Below, piece after piece: positions 14,289 through 26,163 of a stretch of 64,000 bases of DNA (the stretch's first letter is position 1; every line of letters begins with the position of its first letter). The position numbers were made by a program, and so were the translations under genes. The notes beneath the pieces are model-generated. The model searched no databases. It was given only the letters and a program-made list of their open reading frames with translations, and was not told the origin of the DNA. The DNA is from Octopus bimaculoides (taxonomy: Eukaryota), in the NCBI RefSeq assembly GCF_001194135.2, contig NC_068992.1:2263202-2327201 (forward strand), in the 5' to 3' direction.

Positions 14289-14546
14289 NNNNNNNNNNNN
14301 NNNNNNNNNNNNNNNNNNNNNNNNNNNNNNNNNNNNNNNNNNNNNNNNNNNNNNNNNNNNNNNNNNNNNNNNNNNNNNNNNNNNNNNNNNNNNNNNNNNN
14401 NNNNNNNNNNNNNNNNNNNNNNNNNNNNNNNNNNNNNNNNNNNNNNNNNNNNNNNNNNNNNNNNNNNNNNNNNNNNNNNNNNNNNNNNNNNNNNNNNNNN
14501 NNNNNNNNNNNNNNNNNNNNNNNNNNNNNNNNNNNNNNNNNNNNNN

Positions 14547-14586
<40 letters not shown>

Positions 14587-14710
14587 GGACTTCTTTCAGT
14601 TTCCGTCCACCAAATCCACTCACAAGGTCGGCCCGAGTCTATAGTAGAAGACATTTGCCCAAGGTCCACGCAATGAACCTGGGATCACGTCGTTTCGAAA
14701 CTAACTTCTA
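14029..14710 (-). mobile_element. SINE family A interrupted by a (CA)/(CACG)n microsatellite and an N-gap
   Basis: Both halves match 5417-5831. The gap at 14289-14546 falls in the internal microsatellite. Confidence 0.8.
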
Positions 14711-15399
14711 GTTCCCCCTAGCCCTGTCCATATGTTGGTCGGGTTAATGAGCGGTTTACTTCGCAGCCACGGAAACCTATCTGTACCTTCAGCTCGTCCT
14801 ATGCATTGAGTGAAATTGGATAGAAGTTGGTCGGGTGGACTGTACATAGAATTTAAGTGCTATAACCTTCTTGCTGGATGTGTTCTGATGCCTAAAGTTT
14901 GTATTACAGGTACACGTGTTCGTAGAGTATTCAGCTATATAAGCTTTAAATCCAGACGAGATAGTTTAGTTGAATAAACAACTTAATCCTCATCGTCTAA
15001 CGAAGGAGTTTCACTGTTGCACATACATGTGTGGTTACACACATATATGCACACACACACGCACACACACACGTGTGTATACGTGTATTTTTGTTTTCGT
15101 AAGTGTGTGGGCTGCTTTCGCGCATGTATGCGCGTGGATGGAGTTGTACACAAATATTTTTATCAACTTCCTATGTGTGTGTATGTGTATGTCGTGTGTG
15201 TTTGCGAGTCTGTGTGTGTGTGTGTGTGTGTGTGCGTGTGTCTGCCTGTGTACTTTGTACATACATACTTACACAAACCTAGATAAGGCATATACACGGA
15301 CACAAACACACACACACATGAATATGTATATATATATGTGTGAGCGTGTATACATATACATGTATATATATACACTCATTTGGAGATGCAAAAATCTAA

Positions 15400-15433
<34 letters not shown>

Positions 15434-15443
15434 NNNNNNNNNN

Positions 15444-15483
<40 letters not shown>

Positions 15484-15807
15484 CCTGCGTGCTACTACAC
15501 AGTGCGAGAGTGTGTATGTGTCTAACTGTTCGTCCATCTATAGACATGTGTAGAGTTTTGGCAGTCGGCCACTGGCAGCCTCTAGCAGACACTGTGGCAT
15601 GCAGTCAACACCAGTTTGCTCTGTATATAATCACTTAATACCATTTCCTCTGAATCACAAAGCAGAAAGCAATGTCGTCGCCATCCGCTGTTGGAGCCAA
15701 CTGAATGTTCTGCACAGTTTCAGGTGTAACGTATCTACCGAACAAAAGATTGTGCTTCACAATAAATAAACTTACACGTTCACACCCATACGCATGCACA
15801 CTCGTAC

Positions 15808-15866
<59 letters not shown>

Positions 15867-16330
15867 GACACACATACATAGATGCAGGTATATGTACGAA
15901 AGTATGTATGAATATATATATGTATACATACATGCATATATATTTACAAATAAACGTACCATGCACATATCTGTATGTATGTATGTAGTTAGGTGTATAT
16001 ACACAACTATTTCGGGGATGCATGTGTTTAATATATCGTCAGACATGAGGATGTGCGGCGTGTATAATGTTTGCATACTTACCACGTTGTTTGTATACAT
16101 GTATAAGTAATCCAGTGTTAATATGTTGTGTTGAGACTCCATGCAGATTGCCATAGTTTCAGCTTACCGTTGAGGCATGGAATAAGCTTTAGTCCTTCTA
16201 CATTCCTAAATCAGTTTTTATAAGATAAAGTCCCAGCTGATAAGTCTAATTCTGCAAGTATAACCTACACGCTGCTAACTTTAAATACACAATTTTGTCC
16301 TTTACTGATTATAACAAAGATTACCTTGTT

Positions 16331-16521
16331 GTGGGAACAAACTATACTGTGGTAGATGCCACGGGAGAACCCCTCTTATGTGCTTTTGGTGCTAAATGCA
16401 CTCTTGTTTACATCGCCCTGCCACCTTTTCTGCTAGCGATATGAACAAGAGTGCATTTGGCACCAAAACCGAATATGAGAGTTTCTCTCGTGGTATCTGT
16501 CACAGTATAGTTTGTTCTCAC
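16331..16521 (+). other. Long fold-back hairpin: 86-bp arms, 19-nt loop
   Basis: The reverse complement of 16436-16521 matches 16331-16416 without gaps, with about 14 mismatches. Confidence 0.9.
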
Positions 16522-16769
16522 TGGACATCCGCGTTGAAGTGGGGACAAATATTACCTCTCGGTATTACTACTACCCCTGTCACTATTATGCATACTTTGT
16601 TGTAATCGTTCGGACCAGTCTTTTGATTTTCTCTCCGTTTACAGGTTCGCATCAGTCATTTACTTGCGTGTCTTTAGGATGGACATCAGCTGCATCACGC
16701 TCGCCAGTCTGGACGGCTTTGTCATGGCGTGGACCAATGCTTTTCCTCCTCTAAGGAACTCAGTTCTTT

Positions 16770-17170
16770 TATAGACATTCTATACACACCACAATTTGTA
16801 TTTGCTATTTGAAAACTCATGTACATTCTTATGTTTACTCGGCGTGCTAACATTCCATGTGTTGAAAGAAATTCTTTGAGGTTTGAATAATTCATGTTTG
16901 GAAACATGGGTGCTTCGTTCATCATCCTGAAACAACCCCTATTCAGGGATGTTTTGATCACGGTAGTCTACTCGGCCTGAAGGAAATTCTAACTGGGCCC
17001 CATCCGCAAGATTATGTTCTATTTATCTTGATATAAGATAGCAATATCCCTCAGAAATGATCATGATGCAAGAGCCTGGTGTACCCTTATCAGACGTGGA
17101 TATACTAGGTTTCATATATGTTTACCTAGTATCATTTCGTTAGCATACGCTTCTCTTTTACTCAATAGTA
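16770..17170 (+). mobile_element. Octopus interspersed repeat, family D (old copy)
   Basis: Reverse-complement similarity to 34318-34855 (aaacaacccctattcaggga, gggcccca, ggtgtacccttatcagacg), with an (AAT)n tail. Confidence 0.75.
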
Positions 17171-17189
17171 ATAATAAAAATAATAAGTT

Positions 17190-17257
17190 TTTCTACTATA
17201 GGCACAAGGCCTGAAATTCGTCCACAGTGCTGACGATTCGGCCAGCTCATCGCCTTT
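17190..17257 (-). mobile_element. Internally deleted SINE family B
   Basis: The tail segment (ctactataggcacaaggcctgaaatt) is fused directly to the head segment (gtgctgacgattcggccagctcatcgcctt). Confidence 0.65.
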
Positions 17258-17429
17258 ATAATAATAATAATAATAATAATATTCAATAATAATAATAATG
17301 ATAACTCTGTGATGTCTTTTACAACAAAATGTTGTCCGCTCTCACAGTTTAAGCCATGACCCCTCTGTCTTATTATTCAAGAAGTGTTTCGAAGATCATT
17401 CTGTCCATTGTTCTTCTATGATATCTGTT

Positions 17430-17900
17430 GTATGGGGGAGACATAGCTACTATTTCTGACAAGTCGACCGTATGCAAGTAGCGGCTCTCTCGAAAATATG
17501 ATATATTAGCATATCGAAGGCGGACGTGATGAAATCAATAAGAGAGAAAATAGTAGCTGCTGTTGACATGTGTATGTGAAGTGAGGTTTGGTTGAGTGAC
17601 CTGTTGCACCAATGTTTTTTTGATGTGGGACATATGAACTTGACATGGAACAAGTAGGAATGTATTGCCTGGAATCGAACAGTGAAAATAATAAGACAAG
17701 AAGAAGAAGAACGAGAATATAGAATGAAATATCGATAGAAAGGAAATTGACGCAAACAAACACAAGTGAGAAAGATTGGAAAGAAAGAAGGATGAAGGAG
17801 AAAAAGGGGTGGGTGTAAAAGCGAAGGTACGAAGAATGGGAACTGAACTGAAAAAGACAAGGTAAAAGTGATTGGTCGAAGTGAGCAAAGTATGTAAGAT
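17430..17900 (-). mobile_element. Highly decayed Penelope-like linker/endonuclease fragment
   Basis: Minus frames give SVPILRTFAF...SPSSF and IPGNTF...HFTYTC, resembling the PLE linker and pre-GIY-YIG region. Confidence 0.3.
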
Positions 17901-18519
17901 TAGAACGAGATAATTTGATATTGATCACGACACCAAGCGGTTGAAAGTAGCAGCAATAAGATGGAGCAATCATTTTTGATGCTCTTTTTTTTCTTTCCTT
18001 ATTTTTCTCTTTTCTCTTTTTTTTTTTTTTATAGAGCAGTATTTTTTATGTTTGCACCAGTGAATGTCAGCAATCAACAGAGAGGAAGAATTGCGCTTTT
18101 CTGCAATTTTGTTTTTGGCCAGAAGAAATATAAGAGAGAGAGACACACACACATAAAGCACATAATGCATAAAAGTGTAGGAAAGTGTAAAATAGGGAAA
18201 AATAAGGAAAGATGCCATTTCAGCTGAATACAGAAGATTCTGTAATGTGTCTGAATATCGCTGTTTCTTTGTGTGTTGTGTGTGCGTTTTATTCATTCTC
18301 AGTTTCGCACGCATACAATATATGTATGTGTATATGCACACACATGAAGTTATACATACTAATCGAAATACATAGATAATCCGTTAACATACCCATATAA
18401 GAAGCTCACACAGATGTATGTATATATGTGCGTATATGATACGTATAATCTATCTACTGTATGTAGTGTAAAGTTATAGAGAGATAGACAGATAGATATA
18501 TAGATGGATATGCACACAT

Positions 18520-18556
<37 letters not shown>

Positions 18557-18705
18557 AATGTGTATACTCTACCTGCATATTTGTATGTATATATTTTATT
18601 TGTATACATATGTTCGTAGACACATATATACACGTATATACCGTATATGTACATATTTTTCTGTGTGTGTGTGTGTGTGTGTGTGATATATATATATATG
18701 TGTGT

Positions 18706-18786
<81 letters not shown>

Positions 18787-19725
18787 GCACGTTCATACAT
18801 ACAACACATGCACACATATATTTACGTATCCCACAGCAGCCAACGTCTTTGAAATAATTCCGAATCATCATTAAAGTGTAAACAGAATTGAGTTAGAAAA
18901 GGAAAAAATATTGCCTATAATATATACAAAGAAAAAAAATGGTTAAGAATGAGGGCTTCCGATGGATCAATGTGTCTTCTGAGACGATGTTTGGTGCACT
19001 TGTATGTATATTATATATATATCGCTCATTTGTATGTATGTATATCGTACTCGTCCATGACACAAGCAATTCGTTTTGACGGAAACCATCGAATTACTGT
19101 CCATTGATAAACATCAGTTGCAGAATCCAGAGAAAAGGAGCCAGCCCTAATATTGTAAGATAAGATGAAGAGAAAGCATTCAGCAACGTTCTGAATATAT
19201 TTTAGTATCGTTAGTAATCTCACAACTGAGAAATATATCTAAGGTAAAATGGAAAGGAAGGTCGGTGGAGAGAGGATGAAAGTTTGATGTTAGAAAGCGG
19301 TAGACATGGAAGTGACTTCAAGTTACATTGATTGCATGCAGACGATGTAAATGATGGTGATATATTGATAAGTAGTATATCACTATTTGACAGGTTGATA
19401 TCTGTGGAATGCATTAAATGAAAATAAGAAAAAAAAGGGAGTAAAAAAGAAAGAATAAAGAAAAAAGAGATGACCCCCTAACAAAAGAAGGAAATTGGTT
19501 AGGGATGGTTCCAGCAGAAGGAAACTTTTTATTCTATTTCTTTTCATTGATAAGATCTGAACTTGTATGGCGGCGGCTAAAGTTGAAGTCTGATCATGAA
19601 GATATATTGGAGTTGATCAAGATAGAAAAATAGCATCTGAAGATAAAATAGTATTTTCTAAAGCAGAGCACGCATACGCGCAAGCAACACTGGCGTGCAG
19701 ATGCACTGAGGAAAATACATATACC

Positions 19726-19823
<98 letters not shown>

Positions 19824-20564
19824 CACATATATATACACATATATATATACATATATATGTGTAAACTTTCACGATATTATGTCATAGTTACGTTGTTCTT
19901 TCAACAGTTGCACGAACAACTGACAGCCATTTTGAATAAACATTTTCCAGCCTGGTGTTCACTATTTGCGTCCTTTATACATAGCATTCACACATATATA
20001 TATATATACATTCCAGATGTACGCATTTGTATGTATGTATATATGTATGTACGAATGTATTTCAACAGGGTGAGGTGAATAGATACCGAAACGACTAGCT
20101 GTTCTGCGAGGACATTAGAGGATAATTTCCTGTAATTTCTTTACGTAGAATAACAGGGTTTCTTTCTTCACGTTTGTTTAACTGACAGACATAAATACAT
20201 GGAGTCAAATACATGTTGAATCTTTGTCAACTTTCCGTAATTTAATATACACTTTTTACATGAACTAAAACTGTACTACTTAGATATATTTGTGTCTATT
20301 TATCAAGTTTTCTGTACATAGGTACAGGCGCTTGCACACACACACATATACACAAACACACACACATACACACACACGCACACATACACAAACACACACA
20401 TACAGCCCCTAATAAACTTAAGATATTACAGATACACAGATATTACAGACCAAGTTTCCTGCATTCACTAAGATTAAAAAATATTTTTGTTTTTTAATAT
20501 TTTTGTTGTTTTTGTAAAATCTCAGAAAATAATCAAAAATTGACATTTTTTTGTCAATCTATAT

Positions 20565-21215
20565 ACTACACTGGTCATGCATTGTCCAACAGCACGCTAA
20601 GAAAACACCTTTTTTTTCGTTTCCTTCATCTTTGGCGATGACAAGCACTGCTTTCCCAATTGGCCTCTCATATTTCACATTCTTTCGACAAGAACTTTAC
20701 ACAATTCTTAAATCGTAGTCTTGCTTTGTTTGTTTTTTTTTTGTTTGTTTTTTTGTTTGTTTTTTTGTTTGTTTTTAGGTGCTTTCCACAAACAGATTAG
20801 TGACATAGCATCTCCGATCATTCATGCGAATAAAGTGTCCAGTTCAATGTTAACGGTGTTTGTGTACCATTGCCTCAATGCTCAGGATGTCGGTTCCCCT
20901 CAGAACTTATGCGTCTGAAGTTCGCAAGGACTAGCCAACATTCAGAATCTGTCTCAGACATCTCTGATGGAAGAGTTCTACGAACCTTACGTTCTGCCTG
21001 TAAAGGGTCGATGTCACACATGAATAACGGAGTGACGTCAATACACTCGCACGGTTCACAGAAATTATTGTTCGCCTTGTGATGTCATGCTGGAACCGTA
21101 CATGAGACTTAAGAGCCCTGAAGGTTTCAGGAGCCTTCGCCGTCTGAGGCCTTAAAGATATTTCTACATCCAAGGGGCAAGAACCGCTGAGAGTGCTTGC
21201 GACGTATTAGAATGT
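20565..21215 (-). mobile_element. RTE-clade LINE, decayed C-terminal part of the RT ORF
   Basis: F*YVASTLSGSCPLDVEISLR...SVNRASVLTSLRYSC...FHQRCLRQILNV...DILSIEAMVHKHR..TGHFIRM...RLRFK matches the RTE/BovB-type post-RT region. An inserted (TTTG)n lies at 20722-20776. Confidence 0.85.
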
Positions 21216-21323
21216 TTTAGTCATACGTATGACCTCGGATCGAGTGTTTGGCAAGCATGGGGGACCGAAATGTATGTGTATATGTATGTGCGTCTAGGTA
21301 CATATATATATACACACACACAA

Positions 21324-21362
<39 letters not shown>

Positions 21363-21512
21363 CAGCGAGTGCGACAGATTCTGTGTAGATTATTGCTTTA
21401 AAAGTCTATTTCTTAGCCTTCGTCCTGTATGAATTATGTCGTAGATCGCAATTGCATGGTGTCAGAATCAGAAAAAAAAAACAATGAAAGAATTAAAATC
21501 AAACATATAAAC

Positions 21513-21910
21513 GCGGGAGTAGCAACTTGGTAAGTAGCTTGCTCACCAACCACATGGTTCCGGGTTCAGTCCCACTGTGTGGCACGTTGGCGGAAGTGTC
21601 TTCTACTATAGCCTCGAGTCGACCAAAGTCTTGTGAGTGGATTTAGTAGACGGAAACTGAAAGAAATTCATCGTATATATGTATATATAAATATGTATGT
21701 GTGTGTATATGTTTGTCTCTGTTTGTCCCCCAACATCGCTTGACAACTGATGCTGGTGTGTTTACGTCCCCGTAACATAGAGGTTCGGCAAAAAAGACCG
21801 ATACAATAAGTACTAGGCTTCCAAAGAATAAGTCCTGGAGTCGATTTGTTCGACTAAAGGCGATGCTCCAGCATGGTCACAGTCAAATGACTGAAACAAG
21901 TAAAAGAGTG
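21513..21910 (+). mobile_element. SINE family A (full length)
   Basis: Head ggtaagtagcttgctcaccaaccacatggttccgggttcagtccc and tail gatgctccagcatggtcacagtcaaatgactgaaacaagtaaaagag. Confidence 0.9.
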
Positions 21911-22204
21911 TCGTTAAATACCTAAGAATTCGTCGACTATATCGACCAACCACTATTTACATTTAGTAAGCATTTCACCGTTTCCATAGAGAAAAGTGGA
22001 AGTACATTTCTATAGGGATAGGTGCCAAAGTGTTGAGGAAAGAATGGAAGGTATTTTACTCTGGACCTTGATTGAAATAACATCTCACACCGGCACAGGG
22101 CCAGAACGTACGAGAGAGGAGGGTGTAGTCGTCGGAAGTGACTTTTTTACTCGACTGTGATTTTATTTTACCGACCCTGGACGAATAAAAGATATAACTA
22201 ATGG

Positions 22205-22455
22205 ATAGATAGCTAGCTAGCTAGAAAGACAGACAGACAGACAGACGGACGGAGAGATGGATAGACGGACAGACGGATGGATGGACAGACAGATGCATGA
22301 ATGGACGGATGGACAGACGGATAGATGGATGGACAGACAGAGAGATGGATGGATGGACAGACAGACAGATGGATGGATAAAGAGATGGAAGGATGGATGG
22401 ATGGACGGACGGATGGATGGACAGACAGATAAATGGAGATAGATGGATAGACAGA
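22205..22455. repeat. Mosaic (GGAT)/(GACA)/(GACG) tetranucleotide repeat
   Basis: Direct reading of the sequence. Confidence 0.9.
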
Positions 22456-23200
22456 TTTGAATGTGATAGCAATACTTAACCATTAAAATGTCTGCTAGTG
22501 TGTTATAGACAACTTCTTAATTTATCACACTGGCACAGGATAATGTAATATAATTATTGTACATCTAGTATTATGCGCCTAGTATTTTATGTCGAGTATT
22601 ATTAATGCCGAAAGCATGTCAAGATCATTGCTTCGACCAGCTATCACTGAATTCGTGAATCAATCAGTCATTGGAGTCATGAATATTTATATAAATTTTT
22701 GCATACAAATCTACGTTGAGGCGTGGAGCTTACTGTCGTGACTGAATAGTTTTATTAAAATGCTGTTTAGCTATTTACAGATTTTCATGTTATAGAAGAA
22801 ATGCCTAGACTGAAATATTAAAGATTGCTAACTACTTTTGCTATCAAGTCTGATATGATTTTGTTAAATTTGTCTTCACCGTCAATTGCTAGTCGTTTAA
22901 ATAATATAGCGAAACAACGAAGCAGAACAGATCTAGCGTAAATATCACTCTTGATTCTGATTGGTGGAAGCGTTATCATGTGATGTGCGGCTAACTCTGT
23001 TTATTGAAAAGGAATGCATCTGAGGAACTGAGCAAAGATTTTCTTAATAGATAAACACAATATCGATTAACGTTTAATATTTCAACGTTTAATTAATATT
23101 AATATTTATTTTAACTTCTGCGAAACAAGAAGGACGAACAATACCGACCTTTAAAAAGCTGTGGTGGGTGAAACTAAATTAAAAGAAGCTTTCTCTAACT

Positions 23201-23315
<115 letters not shown>

Positions 23316-25444
23316 AGTTTACTCTTTCATACATAAATACTCAAGCACACACAAATATATAAATATACAGTGTGAGAAAGAGAAAGTGAACATCTACTTA
23401 CGCCCTCCATTTTCCAAGATATTATCCAGAGAATTTGAAAGATATTTGGCTAAATTGTAGCAGTCAGATCGTTAATGTTGAGACTATCCTCACCGAACCA
23501 TCCCCACCACCTAAAGTATTCCTGATTTATAAAGGTTGATCCAATTGGAAATATTCCTACTGTTATAATATATGTTAATTATATAAAATGATCAGAGAAA
23601 ACCAAATGTAACCTTTTAGGAAATATGAAAGTGTTATTGCGCGCAATTAAAAAGATTCTGTATAATATTTTAGTCGTGTAACAGGAGTGTTTTCATTGAG
23701 CTGGCATCTACAGTGTGTAGAAGGACCGTTTAGGTTTAGCCTAAGAGGGTGAGTAAATATTTGTTTGGTAGATATCTGAAACTATAGATGAGGGAACTGC
23801 GTCCTTGTAATAAGGATCCTTTGTTTTAGAAAGAGTTTAGGCGTAATTTTTAATTAACTTAATTGATTTGGAATTTGTGATAGAGGTTCGGGACTACATT
23901 AAGATTCGGGGCTAAATACCATTATTAACAACTCACTAGTATTGCTGCTGCTGCTGTTGTTGTTGTTGTCTATCCCCCTGTTTTGTTTCATAATGGAAAC
24001 AAAATATCGGAGATTGAGTTTCTATATTTTCTAAATTTTCATTTTTTTTTTGTTTGCTTTTATTATTCTAGAGGAAAGTAAAAATTCTAACAAATATTTC
24101 ATAAGGAGTTGAAACAAAAAGTTTGAATACATGAGAAAGAGAGAGAGAGCGTGAAAGAGAGAGAGACTGTGTGGAAGAGAGAGAAACCAGCAGACAGAGT
24201 GTTAGAAAATGGGGGTTACTCTATACGAGAACGTGAATGTATGTGAAGAAACTTGAGAGAATGTTAAAATATTTAAGAGAAAATTTGTGAGAAATTAAAG
24301 AATGTACAGGAAGGCGGTGTCAGCGAGGGAGTGAAGGAATGACTAATTGAGTGAATGAATTAGCAAACGAACGAGCAAGTAAATGAGATGATGAGAGAGA
24401 AAGAGAGCGAAAGAGAAGAGAGATGCTGAGAGGGATTGAAGATATATTACATTTAAAAATAGTGGATAGGGTTTCATTATTTAGACTCGTCTACGAATGA
24501 ATGCTTGGAATTATGAATCTGCTTTCGATGTTTGTTGAATCGGAAGTAAAAGAAAACAGTGAGTTCCGTTTGAAGTTATTTCTGTCGATTGTGCAGACGG
24601 AACTAGCTCAGATCTCATTAAAAAATGTTAGCTGGTTCTTGTATTTTTGGAAAGCCATGCGCAAAGGTGCAACTAGTTATGATTATATTTAGAGTAACAG
24701 TAAGTTGGAGTTTGTGATCACTGTTGATATTATGTGTCAAAATTGTCTAAGATCTAATCCAATTAGTAATTTAATGAGTTTACTCTGAATATATCTGGTG
24801 CCAAATACATCAAGTGAGGTTATTGATTCAACTTTGACTACAGAGTATGAATCTGATGCTTTCTTGTAGAGAGGCAAAAAGTGCGTGGGAATTTTTTTTA
24901 CTGTTCCTCTACAAGCAGAAGATATCGAGAGATTAGTGTTTGCTTCTGTAAATGTTACTTTCTGGCTTAACTTGCTACCAAAGACTTTCTTCAAGGATAT
25001 AACTACACACACACACACACACACATATATATAGTGAATACAGTTCTGTATTTAAGAGATGAAGAATTATGTACATTATTTGCATTTCACTTGATAAGGC
25101 TGGAGGGGATATCAGCCTTAACGTTGTGTTAACAACAAACAAGATGCGGACAAATATCCGTTGAATGTAAATAATATATAGTAAATCCAAACAAAAACGA
25201 AAGAACAAGCACGCGAGTACGTGGTACATGTAAAGTATTAACAGACGTTCAGGGAAGGAAAGAAAGGTGGTTTTACGTTTCGAGCAAAGCTCTTCTGCAG
25301 AAACAGGAGACAGGGGAAAGTCCAAGAGAAAATGAAGACGGAGGAAAAAAAAAGCGCCAACGATTCACATGTATGTATGGATGGATGGATGGATCGATGG
25401 ATGGATGGATGGATCGATGGATGGATATTGTGTGTGTGTGTGTG

Positions 25445-25890
25445 AGGGTGCGTGGCCTAGCGTTAGGGTGTTGCATTCATGATTGCTAGATCGTGATTTC
25501 AATTCCTAAATCGGTTGATGAGTTGTGTTCCTGAGCAAAACACTTTATCTGACGTTGCCCTGTGATCATCTCAAAAACTGGACACAAGGTACACTTGTGC
25601 ACCACCTGTTCAGGCAGCATCGAATTTGATGGAGGAGGGAGTGAACTAATGTACAGCACGTACATTGGATCACTGTAAACAAATCATTTGCGCTGTTCGT
25701 TTGGCGAAAGCTGATCACTTGGTCTGCAATGATTGTAGTCGTGTTTGCTTGTCAAGAGCAAGGTTCATTAGCCACCAACGGAACCGCAAATGCAAAATAT
25801 ATGTTAGTCCTAGAGCGCACAATGTTCCTGAAGGTCAGCAACGGTCTTCCTCGGTCACGAGTGGACGGCCATCATGTATGTATGTATTAT
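25445..25890 (+). mobile_element. tRNA-headed SINE followed by an RTE-like 3' end with a C2H2-like motif and (TGTA)n tail
   Basis: Head gggtgcgtggcctagcgttagggtgttg. The downstream frame gives LVCNDCSRVCLSRARFISHQR (RTE C-terminal zinc knuckle-like) and ends gacggccatca-tgtatgtatgta. Confidence 0.7.
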
Positions 25891-25952
25891 GAATTTTTAT
25901 TACTCATGTTGTTTAAATTATTCCTACCGCTGTTCAAATTACGAAGCTAATA

Positions 25953-26163
25953 TTAACTCTTCAGACATTTTGCATCATAATTTGGCGGCAATTGTTATAA
26001 AAGTATTTTGGTAAGGTATAATAGTTGAGAAAAATGAAGAGTTTGTAATTTAGTGTATGTTGCTAGGATGAGGTTATAACATAATTCATTGAGTTCAATA
26101 TATAAGTTTGTTATAATCAGAATTTGTGAAACTCATTTTAATTTTGTGCTGAAAGAAATTCAA
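25953..26163. mobile_element. Possible piggyBac-type MITE relic
   Basis: Begins ttaa-ctcttcagac and ends gtgctgaaagaaatt. The TIRs are degenerate. Confidence 0.25.

Noticed and set aside
15635-15745. Minus-strand segment RYVTPETVQNIQLAPTADGDDIAFCF with an acceptor-like site
   Set aside because: The nearby strong donor at about 16082 is out of phase (it gives an immediate stop) and no homology was recognised.
24737-25024. 95-aa non-repetitive minus-strand ORF
   Set aside because: No recognisable motif, the start lies in a (GT)n repeat, and the splice signals are weak.
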